A stretch of DNA of 64,000 nucleotides from a bacterium. Its GTDB lineage: Bacteria; Patescibacteriota; Dojkabacteria; B142; OLB20. Below are positions 50,593 through 61,192 of this stretch, piece after piece. The DNA lies in contig JAJTYI010000004.1 of NCBI GenBank assembly GCA_021463645.1, positions 110,277 through 174,276 on the forward strand, given 5' to 3'. The notes beneath the pieces were generated by a model. The model made no database searches and had not been told where the DNA came from. It saw only the letters and a list, made by a program, of their open reading frames with translations. Within the stretch, counting starts at the first letter, position 1. Each line of letters starts with the position of its first letter. Both the position numbers and the translations under genes were made by a program.

Positions 50593-51882
50593 ATGTATCA
50601 GATGATAGTAGAATCATTAAATTCACCGGAGCCTTTGCAAATCAATTCTGGGCTTGCTCATTTAAGGGATGCTCTATTAGGGGTATTTTCATTAAGAATG
50701 CAAGGAGGAACTATTGAATATATTCACCAAGATCCATCCAAAAGAACCTTTGGGAAATTTCGACAAGAAATAGGGCTTAGAGTTATTAGGACCTTATCGG
50801 ATGTTCAATCAACGCGAAATAATTTACGTGGAAATGGACTTGGTCTTACAGTAAATACTTGTGTTACTGGTGCAGTAATATTACCCGGAGTGCATGGTTT
50901 GTTAGAGTCTTTAAATACTTCTATACCAGCAATTATTGAGCAAGAAGGTGATCCATGCCAGTATGCTATTCAAAATCATATGGCTAATGTCTGTCACAAT
51001 GGAGCAGAAGCAACTTTACCTGAAGCGTGTGGTTACCATGTAACAGTTGGACCTACTAAGATAGAAGGAAGACCAGCTGTGGCAGTAGTTACAAATGGCG
51101 TTCCAGTTTCTACTGAATGTAGTCAAGTACAACCACCAGTTCTCAATACTCCTACACAAGCTTCTGAATCTGGAACTCAGCCAAATCCCGATGCCAATAC
51201 GGGTGATTGGAATAATTATTGTACTACGGAAGGACCATATCGACTTGCAGAGAAACCTTACTTCGTTAAAGTAGATGTGCCTTCCTTGACCGAGCAAGGA
51301 CCTGGATTTCAAATACCTGAAGGATTTTACCCTGTAAGAAATGGAGAAGGAATTGATCCAAACTTTGAAACAGAAGAGCAAATATTAGAAAGAGAAAGAA
51401 TCATGTTAGAAGATTTAAACACAGCTCTGGTTAGAAGTATGAATGCTCCAATTTTTCAAATTACCAAAGATGGATTGAGGAGGCTCACTGGAACTGATTT
51501 TCCACTAAATTTCCGAGCTGGTCATACTTTATTAGTTAACACAGAAGTATTATCAGATATTGTTACTTTTCTGGAGTGTGAGAACTCGGATATAGTATAT
51601 CTTATTAGAAATGAATCATATCTTCCTAAAGCTCCTGAGACTCCACGTCCTTCGCTTAGGTCTACTGGTAGGAATATTTGGGAGGGGATCACCTCGTTCT
51701 TTGAATTCTTAAGGAATATACCTTGGGGTCAAACAGTTGATGAAGTAGAAGAAGTTGAATTAGGTGAACCATCACAAGACAGTCTTTATGTCTTTTTCCA
51801 AGAGCGCATTAATAGTGCACCAAATCATAAAGCTAAGGATGTCTGGGAAAAACGTGCTAAAAAATATGGTGTAAATATCTAA
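50593..51882 (+). CDS. Hypothetical protein
   Basis: 429-aa ORF. Confidence 0.6.
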   Translation: MYQMIVESLNSPEPLQINSGLAHLRDALLGVFSLRMQGGTIEYIHQDPSKRTFGKFRQEIGLRVIRTLSDVQSTRNNLRGNGLGLTVNTCVTGAVILPGVHGLLESLNTSIPAIIEQEGDPCQYAIQNHMANVCHNGAEATLPEACGYHVTVGPTKIEGRPAVAVVTNGVPVSTECSQVQPPVLNTPTQASESGTQPNPDANTGDWNNYCTTEGPYRLAEKPYFVKVDVPSLTEQGPGFQIPEGFYPVRNGEGIDPNFETEEQILERERIMLEDLNTALVRSMNAPIFQITKDGLRRLTGTDFPLNFRAGHTLLVNTEVLSDIVTFLECENSDIVYLIRNESYLPKAPETPRPSLRSTGRNIWEGITSFFEFLRNIPWGQTVDEVEEVELGEPSQDSLYVFFQERINSAPNHKAKDVWEKRAKKYGVNI

Positions 51883-51953
51883 CTCCCCATAAGTCAATAT
51901 TATGTCTTTGGATTTCCCTACTACTCAAAACAATATGATATAATGGGTATATA

Positions 51954-53147
51954 ATGAATTCTGAATTACTGAAACAAACCGTTAACAGATTTGTATTTCT
52001 AACTACCTTGTTAGCCTTTTTGGCTGGCTGTATGCCGACGCAATCAAAAGTAGGAGAGAATGGAGTAGTAGGTCATTACAATGAAACCGGAGGTGATTTT
52101 GAAACTTCACCAAGCTCACCTAAGATTCATTATAGAAATATGGATGGAGTACAATTCGATGTGAATACATTGGGTGCATTTATAGATTCATATTCTACAA
52201 TCAATGGATGTGAAACGATAACTGTAGAGAATCCAGTTTACCTAGCAGGTGATTTTGATGGTGGTAGAACACAATACTCCGATACACTTGCTTATGTAGC
52301 TGGTGATGGGAAGGTTATTTATTTAGCAAAAGGTAAGCCGATGAATTTAAGAGATGTAGTTCACGAATTTCATCATGCATATTGTCAAACACTTTCCCTT
52401 GACCAAATGATGAGCGATTGGGTGCCGGGTCAGAAGAATTTCAAGATAACAGATCAGAATGTAGCCTCGATAGATACCGATGTGAAAGTAATAGATCAAC
52501 GAGGATTTTATCTTCACATTCAGGTGGGTTCTGATGAACAGGTGCTTACTGCAATGGAAGAAATGGCAGCGTCTATGTTTATGCTTGAAGAACTTAATAT
52601 TGCTGAAACAGGTTGGGGGGTTTATCCAGGTAAATATCAGGATTTATTTCAATTAACACACGACTATCTGGTTTACTATGGTGCATCATCTGTCACTAAA
52701 GAAGAGATGTACGAAACATTAAGGGTAGGATTTAATGAAGGAAGAGGGAAGAGTGAAGGATATACTATAGTTTTTAACCATTTAGAAAATTTGGTCAGAT
52801 CTAAAGGTGTAGAAGTAAGAGAAGATTTTAAATCGGGAATAATTCAATACTACTACAGTTGGGAAAAAATGTCTGATCAGTACTCTCAAAGTGATGGGGG
52901 AAACGAAATTATTGCTTCAACGTTGAAAAATAAATGGACAAGAGATTTATTATTTGATTTGGTAGATGAAGCTTTAGAGGGAAATAAGATAGCTTGGACT
53001 GATTTAAATAAGCTTACTTCAACAACTACTAAAGCATCGCGAAATAAAGCCGCACGCGAAATATTACGAAAACGCTACAGTGCTAAAAGTCCACAAATAA
53101 TAGAGGAACAAGTTGAAGAAAATCCCGCATATTGGTCAACACTTTGA
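51954..53147 (+). CDS. Putative lipoprotein with HExxH zinc-metallopeptidase motif
   Basis: Lipobox LAGC; VVHEFHHAY; downstream MEE. Confidence 0.6.
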   Translation: MNSELLKQTVNRFVFLTTLLAFLAGCMPTQSKVGENGVVGHYNETGGDFETSPSSPKIHYRNMDGVQFDVNTLGAFIDSYSTINGCETITVENPVYLAGDFDGGRTQYSDTLAYVAGDGKVIYLAKGKPMNLRDVVHEFHHAYCQTLSLDQMMSDWVPGQKNFKITDQNVASIDTDVKVIDQRGFYLHIQVGSDEQVLTAMEEMAASMFMLEELNIAETGWGVYPGKYQDLFQLTHDYLVYYGASSVTKEEMYETLRVGFNEGRGKSEGYTIVFNHLENLVRSKGVEVREDFKSGIIQYYYSWEKMSDQYSQSDGGNEIIASTLKNKWTRDLLFDLVDEALEGNKIAWTDLNKLTSTTTKASRNKAAREILRKRYSAKSPQIIEEQVEENPAYWSTL

Positions 53148-53212
53148 CAATATATTAGAACTAAAAATATTATTATAACTCTTAAAGATACCAATTTTTT
53201 GTAATTTTAAAA

Positions 53213-54103
53213 ATGAATCCAGATTTTATAAATTATATTTCTCGGGGTAATATTAATCTTTTAAATCAGGATTCTAGAATTAGACCAGATATTATTGAGA
53301 ATCTTTCGATATTGACTGCTATTAGAAGTCGTACTTATCGGATGCCATTCGATTTACTTGAGTTTTATGTTGCAGGAGCAGGAAGGCAAAACTACATAGA
53401 AATTCAAAAATTAGATAAAAATTTTTCATTAAGTATTGACCAAGCAGGTTATGAAGCTATTCCAGCAGGGGATTGTGTCAAACAAGTATTTAATTTTTGG
53501 CATCATTTGGAGTTTAATGAACCTTCTACGGTAGAAGAGCTCAGAGGACTTGGTTATAAGTTTGTAATCGATAAAAATGCATCATGTAAGTATTTTTTTC
53601 ATAACGGAAATCATTGTGTTTTATTTCTTTCTAATGAAGATACAAATGAAGAAATTGTAATAGATCCATCATTAGGTGTAATTACAAGATTAGACAATAT
53701 GCCTAAACCGTTATATATCAAATCTAGTGAAAGGCTAGAAATAAATCTTGATTTTAGTATTCCTAAATTTCCGAATACCTATACCATGCCTATTGTTCAA
53801 TATTTTAGGAAAGGTTACGAACTTCAGGATGCATTAGTATTAGGTCTATCGCAAGAATTACCCATATATTATTCTTTCCAAATTGCAAGTTTAGATGGGA
53901 GGAAATTTAAAAGTGTATTAGTTGCAATAAAAAGTGGTGGTCAGAAAGCATCAATCGGTTTTTATGAAAAAGGAGAAAAATTTATAAATGATTATGGCTT
54001 GATAGAAAATATGAGTGATGGGGAAAGAGCATTGTTTTTCCAAGATATAGCTCGATTTGGATTAATATTGGGAAATAAACGCATTAAAATCAGAGAATCA
54101 TGA
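53213..54103 (+). CDS. Hypothetical protein, possible papain/transglutaminase-like fold
   Basis: GDCV...NHCVL...VIDPS, in Cys-His-Asp order. Confidence 0.5.
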   Translation: MNPDFINYISRGNINLLNQDSRIRPDIIENLSILTAIRSRTYRMPFDLLEFYVAGAGRQNYIEIQKLDKNFSLSIDQAGYEAIPAGDCVKQVFNFWHHLEFNEPSTVEELRGLGYKFVIDKNASCKYFFHNGNHCVLFLSNEDTNEEIVIDPSLGVITRLDNMPKPLYIKSSERLEINLDFSIPKFPNTYTMPIVQYFRKGYELQDALVLGLSQELPIYYSFQIASLDGRKFKSVLVAIKSGGQKASIGFYEKGEKFINDYGLIENMSDGERALFFQDIARFGLILGNKRIKIRES

Positions 54104-54118
54104 GTTAATTATTTCATT

Positions 54119-54147
54119 TTGACAAAATGCGACAGAGTTGCAATAAT
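54119..54147 (+). promoter_or_regulatory. Sigma70 promoter with overlapping Fur/Zur-type inverted repeat
   Basis: TTGACA-17 bp-AATAAT, with TGCGAC-AGA-GTTGCA in the spacer, upstream of the Zn ABC operon. Confidence 0.6.
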
Positions 54148-54170
54148 TGTGTGGTAATTTAATAATTTCT

Positions 54171-55049
54171 ATGAAAAAGCTGATTCCAGTAATATTACTA
54201 TTAATGATTGTCTTAACTGCAGTTGTTCTTTTTACTGAAAGTGATAAAAATAATGATGAATTAACTATTGTTACGACTTTCTATCCACCTGCAGAATTTG
54301 CTTCCCAGATTACCAAAGAGAAATTTAATGTTATTAATATCACTTCGGGTGGTGTTGAACCACATGACTTCGAACCTAGTCCTCAAGATATTGTCAAAAT
54401 CCGAAATGCTGATTTGTTCATCATAAACGGAAATGATTTAGATCATTGGGCAGAAGAACTTGTTGAGGAGAATAAAGAGATAAATTCAATCAATTTGAGT
54501 GAATACATTACGTCTGAACGTGGTAACGATCCACATTTCTGGCTCGATCCAGTTCATGCAATTGATCTGGTAAAAGCTATTTCTGAGAGAATCATTGAAA
54601 TTGATAAAGAAAACGAAAAATTATATATAGAAAACACTGATAAATATATTGATGTGTTAAATAAGCTTAATCAGGAATTCCGAGTTGGACTTGCAAATTG
54701 TTCACAACGAAAGATTGTAGTATCACACGATGCTTTTGAGTATTTAGGTGATAGATACGACATTGAAATTATAAATATTTCAGGAGTTACTCCTGAGGAA
54801 GAACCGTCAGCAATGAAGTTGGCAGAAATTAGTGATAAAGTTAAGGAATATAATATTAAATACATCTTTTACGAGACCTTGGTAAGTCCTAATCTGGCAA
54901 ATACAATTGCTCAGGAGGCTGGAGCAGAGACACTTGTTTTAGACCCAATCGAAGGTCTGTCAAATGAGGATGTAAAAGCAGGTGAAAATTATTTATCAAT
55001 AATGAGGAATAATTTGAATAATTTGAAATTAGCCATGAATTGCGAATGA
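54171..55049 (+). CDS. znuA: Zn/Mn ABC transporter substrate-binding protein
   Basis: EPHDFEP, DPHFWLDP, SHDAFEYL, LDPIEG. Confidence 0.9.
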   Translation: MKKLIPVILLLMIVLTAVVLFTESDKNNDELTIVTTFYPPAEFASQITKEKFNVINITSGGVEPHDFEPSPQDIVKIRNADLFIINGNDLDHWAEELVEENKEINSINLSEYITSERGNDPHFWLDPVHAIDLVKAISERIIEIDKENEKLYIENTDKYIDVLNKLNQEFRVGLANCSQRKIVVSHDAFEYLGDRYDIEIINISGVTPEEEPSAMKLAEISDKVKEYNIKYIFYETLVSPNLANTIAQEAGAETLVLDPIEGLSNEDVKAGENYLSIMRNNLNNLKLAMNCE

Positions 55050-55795
55050 AGAACGATGTGATTATCAGTATCAAGAACTTATCATTTTCATATAACTCAA
55101 ATAAAGTTCTAGACGACATAAATATTGATATTGAACGAGGAGCATACCTCGGCTTAATAGGTCCAAACGGAGGCGGTAAATCCACATTGTTGAAAATTAT
55201 TCTTGGTTTGTTGAAGCCGGATTCTGGCCGAGTTGAATTTGCTGGTGGAGTAAATCCAAGATGTTCTGATGATTGTCGGATTGGTTACGTACCACAAAGG
55301 ATAAGCCAAGATTATCAAGATTTACCAGCAACTGTCTTTGATATAGTGGAGAGTGGCTTGGTGGCAAAGGAAGAAATTTTCAAATTACAAAAAAATCGAA
55401 ACGAAGTCATAAATGATGCCATAAAATTAGCAGGGCTGAAGGGTTTGGAAAACAAACTGATTGGGGAATTATCAGGCGGGCAGAGACAAAAAGCATTTGT
55501 TGCGAGAGCGTTGGCATCACATCCACAAATATTAATCTTAGATGAACCTTTTGTTGGTGTTGATTTATCCTCACAGGATGAGTTTTATAAGTTTTTGCGA
55601 AAATTGAACATCGAAAAAGGATTAACCATCATCTTCGTGTCTCATGACATTGATATTATTTCTGCACAAGCGAAGCAAATCATCGCATTGAACAGAAAAA
55701 TCGTTTATACCGGTAAAGCAGAAAAAATGAACGAAAAAGAACTAGTTGATAATATTTACGGTCAAAAATTTACACATATCCATCATGATCGCTGA
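55046..55795 (+). CDS. znuC: Zn/Mn ABC transporter ATP-binding protein
   Basis: GPNGGGKS, IGYVPQ, LSGGQRQ, ILDEP. Confidence 0.92.
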   Translation: MKNDVIISIKNLSFSYNSNKVLDDINIDIERGAYLGLIGPNGGGKSTLLKIILGLLKPDSGRVEFAGGVNPRCSDDCRIGYVPQRISQDYQDLPATVFDIVESGLVAKEEIFKLQKNRNEVINDAIKLAGLKGLENKLIGELSGGQRQKAFVARALASHPQILILDEPFVGVDLSSQDEFYKFLRKLNIEKGLTIIFVSHDIDIISAQAKQIIALNRKIVYTGKAEKMNEKELVDNIYGQKFTHIHHDR

Positions 55796-56600
55796 TATCT
55801 TCGAAATCCTACAATACGATTTCATGGTAAGAGCTTTTTTAGCAGGCGTTATTGTCAGTTTAATCGCTCCATTGATGGGATTCTTTTTGGTGATAAGGAA
55901 ATTCTCTTTGATGGTTGATACACTTGCTCATATATCACTTGTTGGTGTGGCTGGTAGTTTATTATTCCAATTCAATCCTTTGTTCGGAGCCATGTTAGTG
56001 TCGGTCGGAGCTGGGATTGCGATGGATAGATTACGAAGTCTGAAAAATATTTTCTCGGATACTGTTATGGCGATTTTTATGTCTGGTGGACTTGCGTTAA
56101 CTTTGATACTTTTCAGTCTGGGTAATGGAATTGGAGTGAATATGCTCAATTATTTGTTCGGGAGCATTACGACAATCACACAAAGTGAAATCCTTTTGTT
56201 TGTGATACTTGGAATTATAGTTTTAATCACAGTATTTCTTCTTCGTAAAAAACTTTTCTTGATTTCTTATGATGAAGATTTAGCAGTAATTAACGGAATG
56301 AACACAAAATTGTATAACGCCCTATTTATGTTACTAGTCGGAGTGACGATTTCGCTCGCAATAAAAGCAATTGGTGCTTTGTTGATGGGGGCTCTTATGA
56401 TAATTCCAGTTGCAAGCGCAATGCAATTAGGCTACGGGATGAATAAAACGCTTCTATATTCGATTATTTTCTCTCTAACAAGTGTGATAGCGGGAATCAC
56501 TTTCTCTTTCTATCTGGATCTTCCAAGTAGTGCGGTGATAGTAATCTTACTATTAATTACATTTCTTGCCTCGGCATTTATACATAGAAATCATGGTTGA
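55785..56600 (+). CDS. znuB: Zn/Mn ABC transporter permease
   Basis: DTLAHISLVG, YLFGSI, IGALL..ALMIIP. Confidence 0.92.
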   Translation: MIADIFEILQYDFMVRAFLAGVIVSLIAPLMGFFLVIRKFSLMVDTLAHISLVGVAGSLLFQFNPLFGAMLVSVGAGIAMDRLRSLKNIFSDTVMAIFMSGGLALTLILFSLGNGIGVNMLNYLFGSITTITQSEILLFVILGIIVLITVFLLRKKLFLISYDEDLAVINGMNTKLYNALFMLLVGVTISLAIKAIGALLMGALMIIPVASAMQLGYGMNKTLLYSIIFSLTSVIAGITFSFYLDLPSSAVIVILLLITFLASAFIHRNHG

Positions 56601-56991
56601 GACTGGCGAAAACATTTTATCTGATAAATTCGAAAGATTCGAATTGGGTATAGGAGTTTACACTGTAGATTTTTGTAATATGACGGCGAGTATGCGATAT
56701 GCCTTTGGACCTATGAAGAGCTATTCCAAACAGGTCGGATTCATAGGACTACTACCTGATAATATCCTCATCGGTTCGAATTTGGCACTTAGACCTTTCA
56801 GGTCAAGTGATAGTTTGTATGCGTTTGAATTAAATAGAGGGTTGGCTGTGAATCGTCTATTGTCGTCACCCACAAAGAGATTTGTTGATATAATGCATAT
56901 TATTATGAGGAATGAGAGTCCCATATTTAAATGTGGCGACTTGGATGAATTAGGAACGTTTATGGTTAATTTATTAATGCAAAAAGCTTAA
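56593..56991 (+). CDS. Hypothetical protein (paralog of the next gene)
   Basis: Shares VG[FY]I.L.P..[IL]LIGS and LY[AV]FEL.R motifs with 56992-57392. Confidence 0.65.
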   Translation: MVETGENILSDKFERFELGIGVYTVDFCNMTASMRYAFGPMKSYSKQVGFIGLLPDNILIGSNLALRPFRSSDSLYAFELNRGLAVNRLLSSPTKRFVDIMHIIMRNESPIFKCGDLDELGTFMVNLLMQKA

Positions 56992-57392
56992 ATGCCTGAA
57001 AACCCCGTACTTTTTTGCCAGATAAGTATATACCACTAAGTATCTTTATTGGATACAGGTCGTCAGTGTTCCTGAAATATATAGAAGATAAAGAGTTTGG
57101 CTTCGGAAGTTTAAAAAGACTTCGAACAGATGTAGGTTATATTGCACTTTCTCCCCAAACTCTATTAATCGGTTCAATTATGGCTATGTCAGACTTGAAG
57201 GCTAGGAATGGAAATCTGTATGTATTTGAATTAGAAAGATTGCACATTGTACGAAGACTCTCGAAGGCTCCAACTACTGTGTTTTCAAATGTTTTACATG
57301 ATTATTTAAATCCTACAAACCGTATTTATGAATGCACTAACTTACCCGATTTACGGAATGTTATGCTCGGAATAGTAAGTACTTGGAAATAA
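56992..57392 (+). CDS. Hypothetical protein (paralog of the previous gene); apparent 1-nt deletion in T6 at 57011-57016
   Basis: Adding one T gives MPENPVLFLPDKY, colinear with MVETGENILSDKF. Confidence 0.6.
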
Positions 57393-57481
57393 TCTTAACT
57401 AAAAAGTGTTAATTAGTAATAAGTATATTGACAGTTTAATTATCTTGACTTAAAATACCTCGTATAGCGATATAGTCAAAA

Positions 57482-57817
57482 ATGAAATTATCCAAAGAAA
57501 TTATAAAAGGTTCACTTCCATTAGTAATTCTTGAGATTCTCTCTGATGGTGACGAATATGGATACAATCTATCTCAAGAAATAAGAAAACGATCGAATGA
57601 GTTACTGAAAGCAGGTGATGGGACTCTTTATCCTGCTATGTACAAATTAGAAAGTAAGAAATTGATTAAATCGTATTGGAACGAAGATTATTCTCCTAAA
57701 AGAAAATACTATCTCATCACGAAAGAAGGAAAATCATATCTGAAAGAACATAAAGAGGAGTGGAGAGAGTTTATTAAAATGTTACAAGAGAATTTTAAAT
57801 TTAGTGTGGCGCTATGA
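57482..57817 (+). CDS. PadR-family transcriptional regulator
   Basis: YGYNLSQEI, GTLYPAMYKLE, RKYYLITKEG. Confidence 0.92.
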   Translation: MKLSKEIIKGSLPLVILEILSDGDEYGYNLSQEIRKRSNELLKAGDGTLYPAMYKLESKKLIKSYWNEDYSPKRKYYLITKEGKSYLKEHKEEWREFIKMLQENFKFSVAL

Positions 57818-58941
57818 ACAAAGAAGAATGGCTTGATTCACTAAATGAGAAGCTATGTCTACCTGATGAATACGGTAAAGAAATTGTGGCAGAGTTCGAG
57901 TCCCATCTTTATCAATCACAATATGACTCGAAGTTCGAATTAAAACAATTAGGTAATATTAATTTATTAATTAACCAAATTATGAAATCCAAAAAAATAA
58001 AGACTACCGATTATTTGAAATTGATCAGTACCTGGAAGTTGGTAGTCGTTTTAATTTCTGCTGTTGTAATACCGATATATATTACGATTTTTTATGTGAT
58101 TGTGTATGCATTGTCATATTTCTTTTATGCATATGAAGCGAACATGGTTAATCAAATTAAAGGAACTGACATTATCATGCTTACTTTCTTTTCAATAATA
58201 TTAATTATAATAAGTATCTTTGCACTGAAATTCTCAACTAAATTTATTAGTAAGTATAAGGACTATAAGCAAGTTGAATTGGCGTTTAGTATGACTTTCT
58301 TGCTTATACTCTTGTATTTTATTAATAACTCTGGCTTAAGTTTTTTCAACTTGATTTTCGCGGGAGATTTTCAATCATTAGCAAACCGCTTAATACTCAA
58401 TCTAGTAGGAATTACTTTCTGGCTTGTAGTCAGTTACTTGATAATTGTGATGAGTAGGGGAATAAAACTTAATCTGAATTTGTTTGGAATCCTCATTAGA
58501 ACTCTTTTCATTGTTTCTAGCGTAGTGATATTTTCCTATATGAAGGATCTTGGAACGAATAAAATTGGAAATAATTTAGCATCTCCATATATGGATTCTG
58601 TGGAATATATTTATGAGAATTTTAATAAATATCTTGCATATGAAGAAGGCTTTGATTATAAAAATGATCCCTATTTGGCGAAATTTGATATCGTTGCATT
58701 ATATTCTAATCAAGAATGTTGGGATATTGACGAAAGTACAGGGGGCTGTGAATATGCTACCGAGAAGGTATATATAATCGATGAGAGTTGTCAGGAATGG
58801 CATATTTCAAATGATTGTAATGTATTAAGTTTGTATGACGACTCTGATGGACTACGATATGATTTGAACTTAGAAAATGGTCTCTTCTGCTACGGTTCTA
58901 ATTCAGAGAATCAAAAAGGGTGTGGGTTGATTAATCTTTAA
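57814..58941 (+). CDS. PadR-associated multi-TM membrane protein
   Basis: N-terminal sensor-like helix (EIVAEFESHL) and about five TM helices. Confidence 0.7.
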   Translation: MNKEEWLDSLNEKLCLPDEYGKEIVAEFESHLYQSQYDSKFELKQLGNINLLINQIMKSKKIKTTDYLKLISTWKLVVVLISAVVIPIYITIFYVIVYALSYFFYAYEANMVNQIKGTDIIMLTFFSIILIIISIFALKFSTKFISKYKDYKQVELAFSMTFLLILLYFINNSGLSFFNLIFAGDFQSLANRLILNLVGITFWLVVSYLIIVMSRGIKLNLNLFGILIRTLFIVSSVVIFSYMKDLGTNKIGNNLASPYMDSVEYIYENFNKYLAYEEGFDYKNDPYLAKFDIVALYSNQECWDIDESTGGCEYATEKVYIIDESCQEWHISNDCNVLSLYDDSDGLRYDLNLENGLFCYGSNSENQKGCGLINL

Positions 58942-59452
58942 AGATTAACTCCATCAGAACCAAATCATAAAATTGTCCATCAATAAAAAGCTCTTTGTGT
59001 AATTCGCCGACTTTTTCGAAGCCGACACTTTCGTAGAGATTTATAGCTTTGTAGTTTTTGCTTACAACATCCAGCTTTATTTTCTTAAATTGAGAAAATG
59101 CCTTCAACTCTTCAATAGCTTTTAATACTAATTCCTTACCAATTCCTTGTCTTTGGTAGTCCGGATTCACAAACATCCCTACCAAATTAGCAACGTGTTT
59201 AGTCTTGATTCGGTTGCTCCATATTACTGTAACGGATCCCACTATCCTATTTTCAATAAATGCACACAGCATAATTGACTCTTTGTTCTCTAGGGAGGAT
59301 TTAATATAACTCATCCATTTCTCGTCAACATCATTCAGACTTTCCTCGTAGCTTGTTGCGAAGGCAAGAGGGAAAATTTTTAGACTTTCGAGTCTGAGGG
59401 CTTTATATTGCTCCCATTCTTCAATTTTTGGTTTGCGGATTTCTAATGCCAT
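58931..59452 (-). CDS. GNAT-family N-acetyltransferase
   Basis: MFVNPDYQRQGIG, AINLYESVGF. Confidence 0.9.
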   Translation of the reverse strand: MALEIRKPKIEEWEQYKALRLESLKIFPLAFATSYEESLNDVDEKWMSYIKSSLENKESIMLCAFIENRIVGSVTVIWSNRIKTKHVANLVGMFVNPDYQRQGIGKELVLKAIEELKAFSQFKKIKLDVVSKNYKAINLYESVGFEKVGELHKELFIDGQFYDLVLMELIFKD

Positions 59453-59453
59453 T

Positions 59454-60362
59454 TTATAGTTCTATTAAAATTATTCCTGTTGCAACAACAATTATACCTA
59501 AAACTTTTTGGAATACATCAACTTTGCTGAATTTCTCTTCACTTACTTTGGGAAGAAATTTCGCTATGAATACAGCAATAAGAAAGACAAAAATAGCGTT
59601 TATGCTATTTGTTACCTGAACCAGGGCCAAAGGTGCCAACATTGTCGCATATCGGAACAGAATCGTTGCTGACATCTGCATATGTTCATTTGGTAGATTA
59701 TAAGAGAATACTTTCTTGGGATCTTTTTTTATGGCATTGATAAATTGTTTTCTATATTTCGGAACAGTAAGGATTAATACTATACCGGTAAGCATTGCAC
59801 CGAAAATTTCAAAGAATACTGCCGACCAGAAGTCAAAATTTATTGCAAACAATTTAAAAATTAAAGAGGATGCTGAGAAAAGTATGACGGCACCAAACAT
59901 CAAGGTAAGAACCTTCTTTTTGACTCTGAATTTTCCATTCTCAATATGCATCATAGTTAATAAGCCACCGGAAAGTACAATTATTGCTCCTAAAGTTTGT
60001 TGAAAGTTTAGGATTTCTCCAAGAAAAATGACTCCCAAAAAATATGTTGTTGGTGCAGAGAGTTGCCATAAAACACTAATTTTTGTGGTTTCTTCAATAC
60101 GTAATGCATACAAATATAGCAATGCTCCAATAACATAAAATGCCCCAATACTAGTCACTAATAGGGCTTGATTGAGTGGTGTTGATAAAATTTGTGGATT
60201 GAAGAGTAGAATAATTGGTAAAAATATTGCATTTACCATCGATGTGAAAATCATCATTGCTCCGACACCACCTTTGAAAAATTTACCAAGTAGATATTTA
60301 TCAAGATGATTGACTACTGCGTAAAGGAATTGAGAAGATAGTGCGAAAAACAACCAGTTCAT
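59454..60362 (-). CDS. EamA/DMT-family transporter
   Basis: About ten TM helices in two repeats; IFLGEIL. Confidence 0.85.
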   Translation of the reverse strand: MNWLFFALSSQFLYAVVNHLDKYLLGKFFKGGVGAMMIFTSMVNAIFLPIILLFNPQILSTPLNQALLVTSIGAFYVIGALLYLYALRIEETTKISVLWQLSAPTTYFLGVIFLGEILNFQQTLGAIIVLSGGLLTMMHIENGKFRVKKKVLTLMFGAVILFSASSLIFKLFAINFDFWSAVFFEIFGAMLTGIVLILTVPKYRKQFINAIKKDPKKVFSYNLPNEHMQMSATILFRYATMLAPLALVQVTNSINAIFVFLIAVFIAKFLPKVSEEKFSKVDVFQKVLGIIVVATGIILIEL

Positions 60363-60363
60363 A

Positions 60364-60837
60364 TTAGAAAACCTTATTAAAAATTTCAGTGGAAAGCATT
60401 ATTACTCCTGTAACGGTTCCAATTAATGCTAGACCGGATGCAGTTTTTAGATATACGCTTTTTTGTTTAACTGTAGATGTAGTTCTATTAAAAATTAGCT
60501 TTAAATTGTTTAAAACAATCGCATATGATATTCCAAATAAAAGTGACATCACCAAGAATAGTATCATTTCGATTGCTCCAGAGACGGATAATGCTCCAAT
60601 AAGTAAAGTTATAAGTGCGTAGAGTAGAATTATCAAATAAGACGAAGCCAGATAGATTAAAGTTAAAATTCCATCTTCTTGCGATTGGTTGTTTTGTTGA
60701 ACAAGAACAACAATCACAAATAATAAAATTGGAAGGAGGTAAACCGAAAAAAAGATAGCGGCAAATCTAGGTATCGGTCGAAAAAGGGAAAGCAATTTAT
60801 TTGTGTAGATTACTGGAGTTGAAGGTGCATGTGACAT
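60364..60837 (-). CDS. Hypothetical membrane protein
   Basis: Four hydrophobic helices. Confidence 0.6.
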   Translation of the reverse strand: MSHAPSTPVIYTNKLLSLFRPIPRFAAIFFSVYLLPILLFVIVVLVQQNNQSQEDGILTLIYLASSYLIILLYALITLLIGALSVSGAIEMILFLVMSLLFGISYAIVLNNLKLIFNRTTSTVKQKSVYLKTASGLALIGTVTGVIMLSTEIFNKVF

Positions 60838-60847
60838 CTATTGTTGT

Positions 60848-61177
60848 CTAAGATATTATCCAGCTGTATTTTCTCATATTAATCTTGTAATTCATACTTA
60901 CTTCTATGCCTTCACTCTCGAGTTTCTCTTTTTGTACCACTTTGTCAATTCCGCCAATATTTTGATTAATTGAAATTCGACCTGATTTACTTATAACCCG
61001 CCACCAGGGTATTTCATTTTCTTCAATCGTAAGTGAGCGAAGAATTCCCCCAACGACTCTAGCGGCATTTGGGCTCCCAGCTAGTGTCGCAACAGTTCCA
61101 TAATTAGTTACTGTTCCTTTTGGGATTGATGAAACAATATTTAGGACGTTTTTGCGAAATTCTGAATTGGTTTTCAT
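60848..61177 (-). CDS. Alkyltransferase-like (ATL/MGMT family) protein
   Basis: IPKGTVTNYG, ARVVG, IPWWRVI (Trp replaces the active Cys); start at MKTNSEF. Confidence 0.85.
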   Translation of the reverse strand: MKTNSEFRKNVLNIVSSIPKGTVTNYGTVATLAGSPNAARVVGGILRSLTIEENEIPWWRVISKSGRISINQNIGGIDKVVQKEKLESEGIEVSMNYKINMRKYSWIIS

Positions 61178-61192
61178 TTTGTTGGATAAGAA

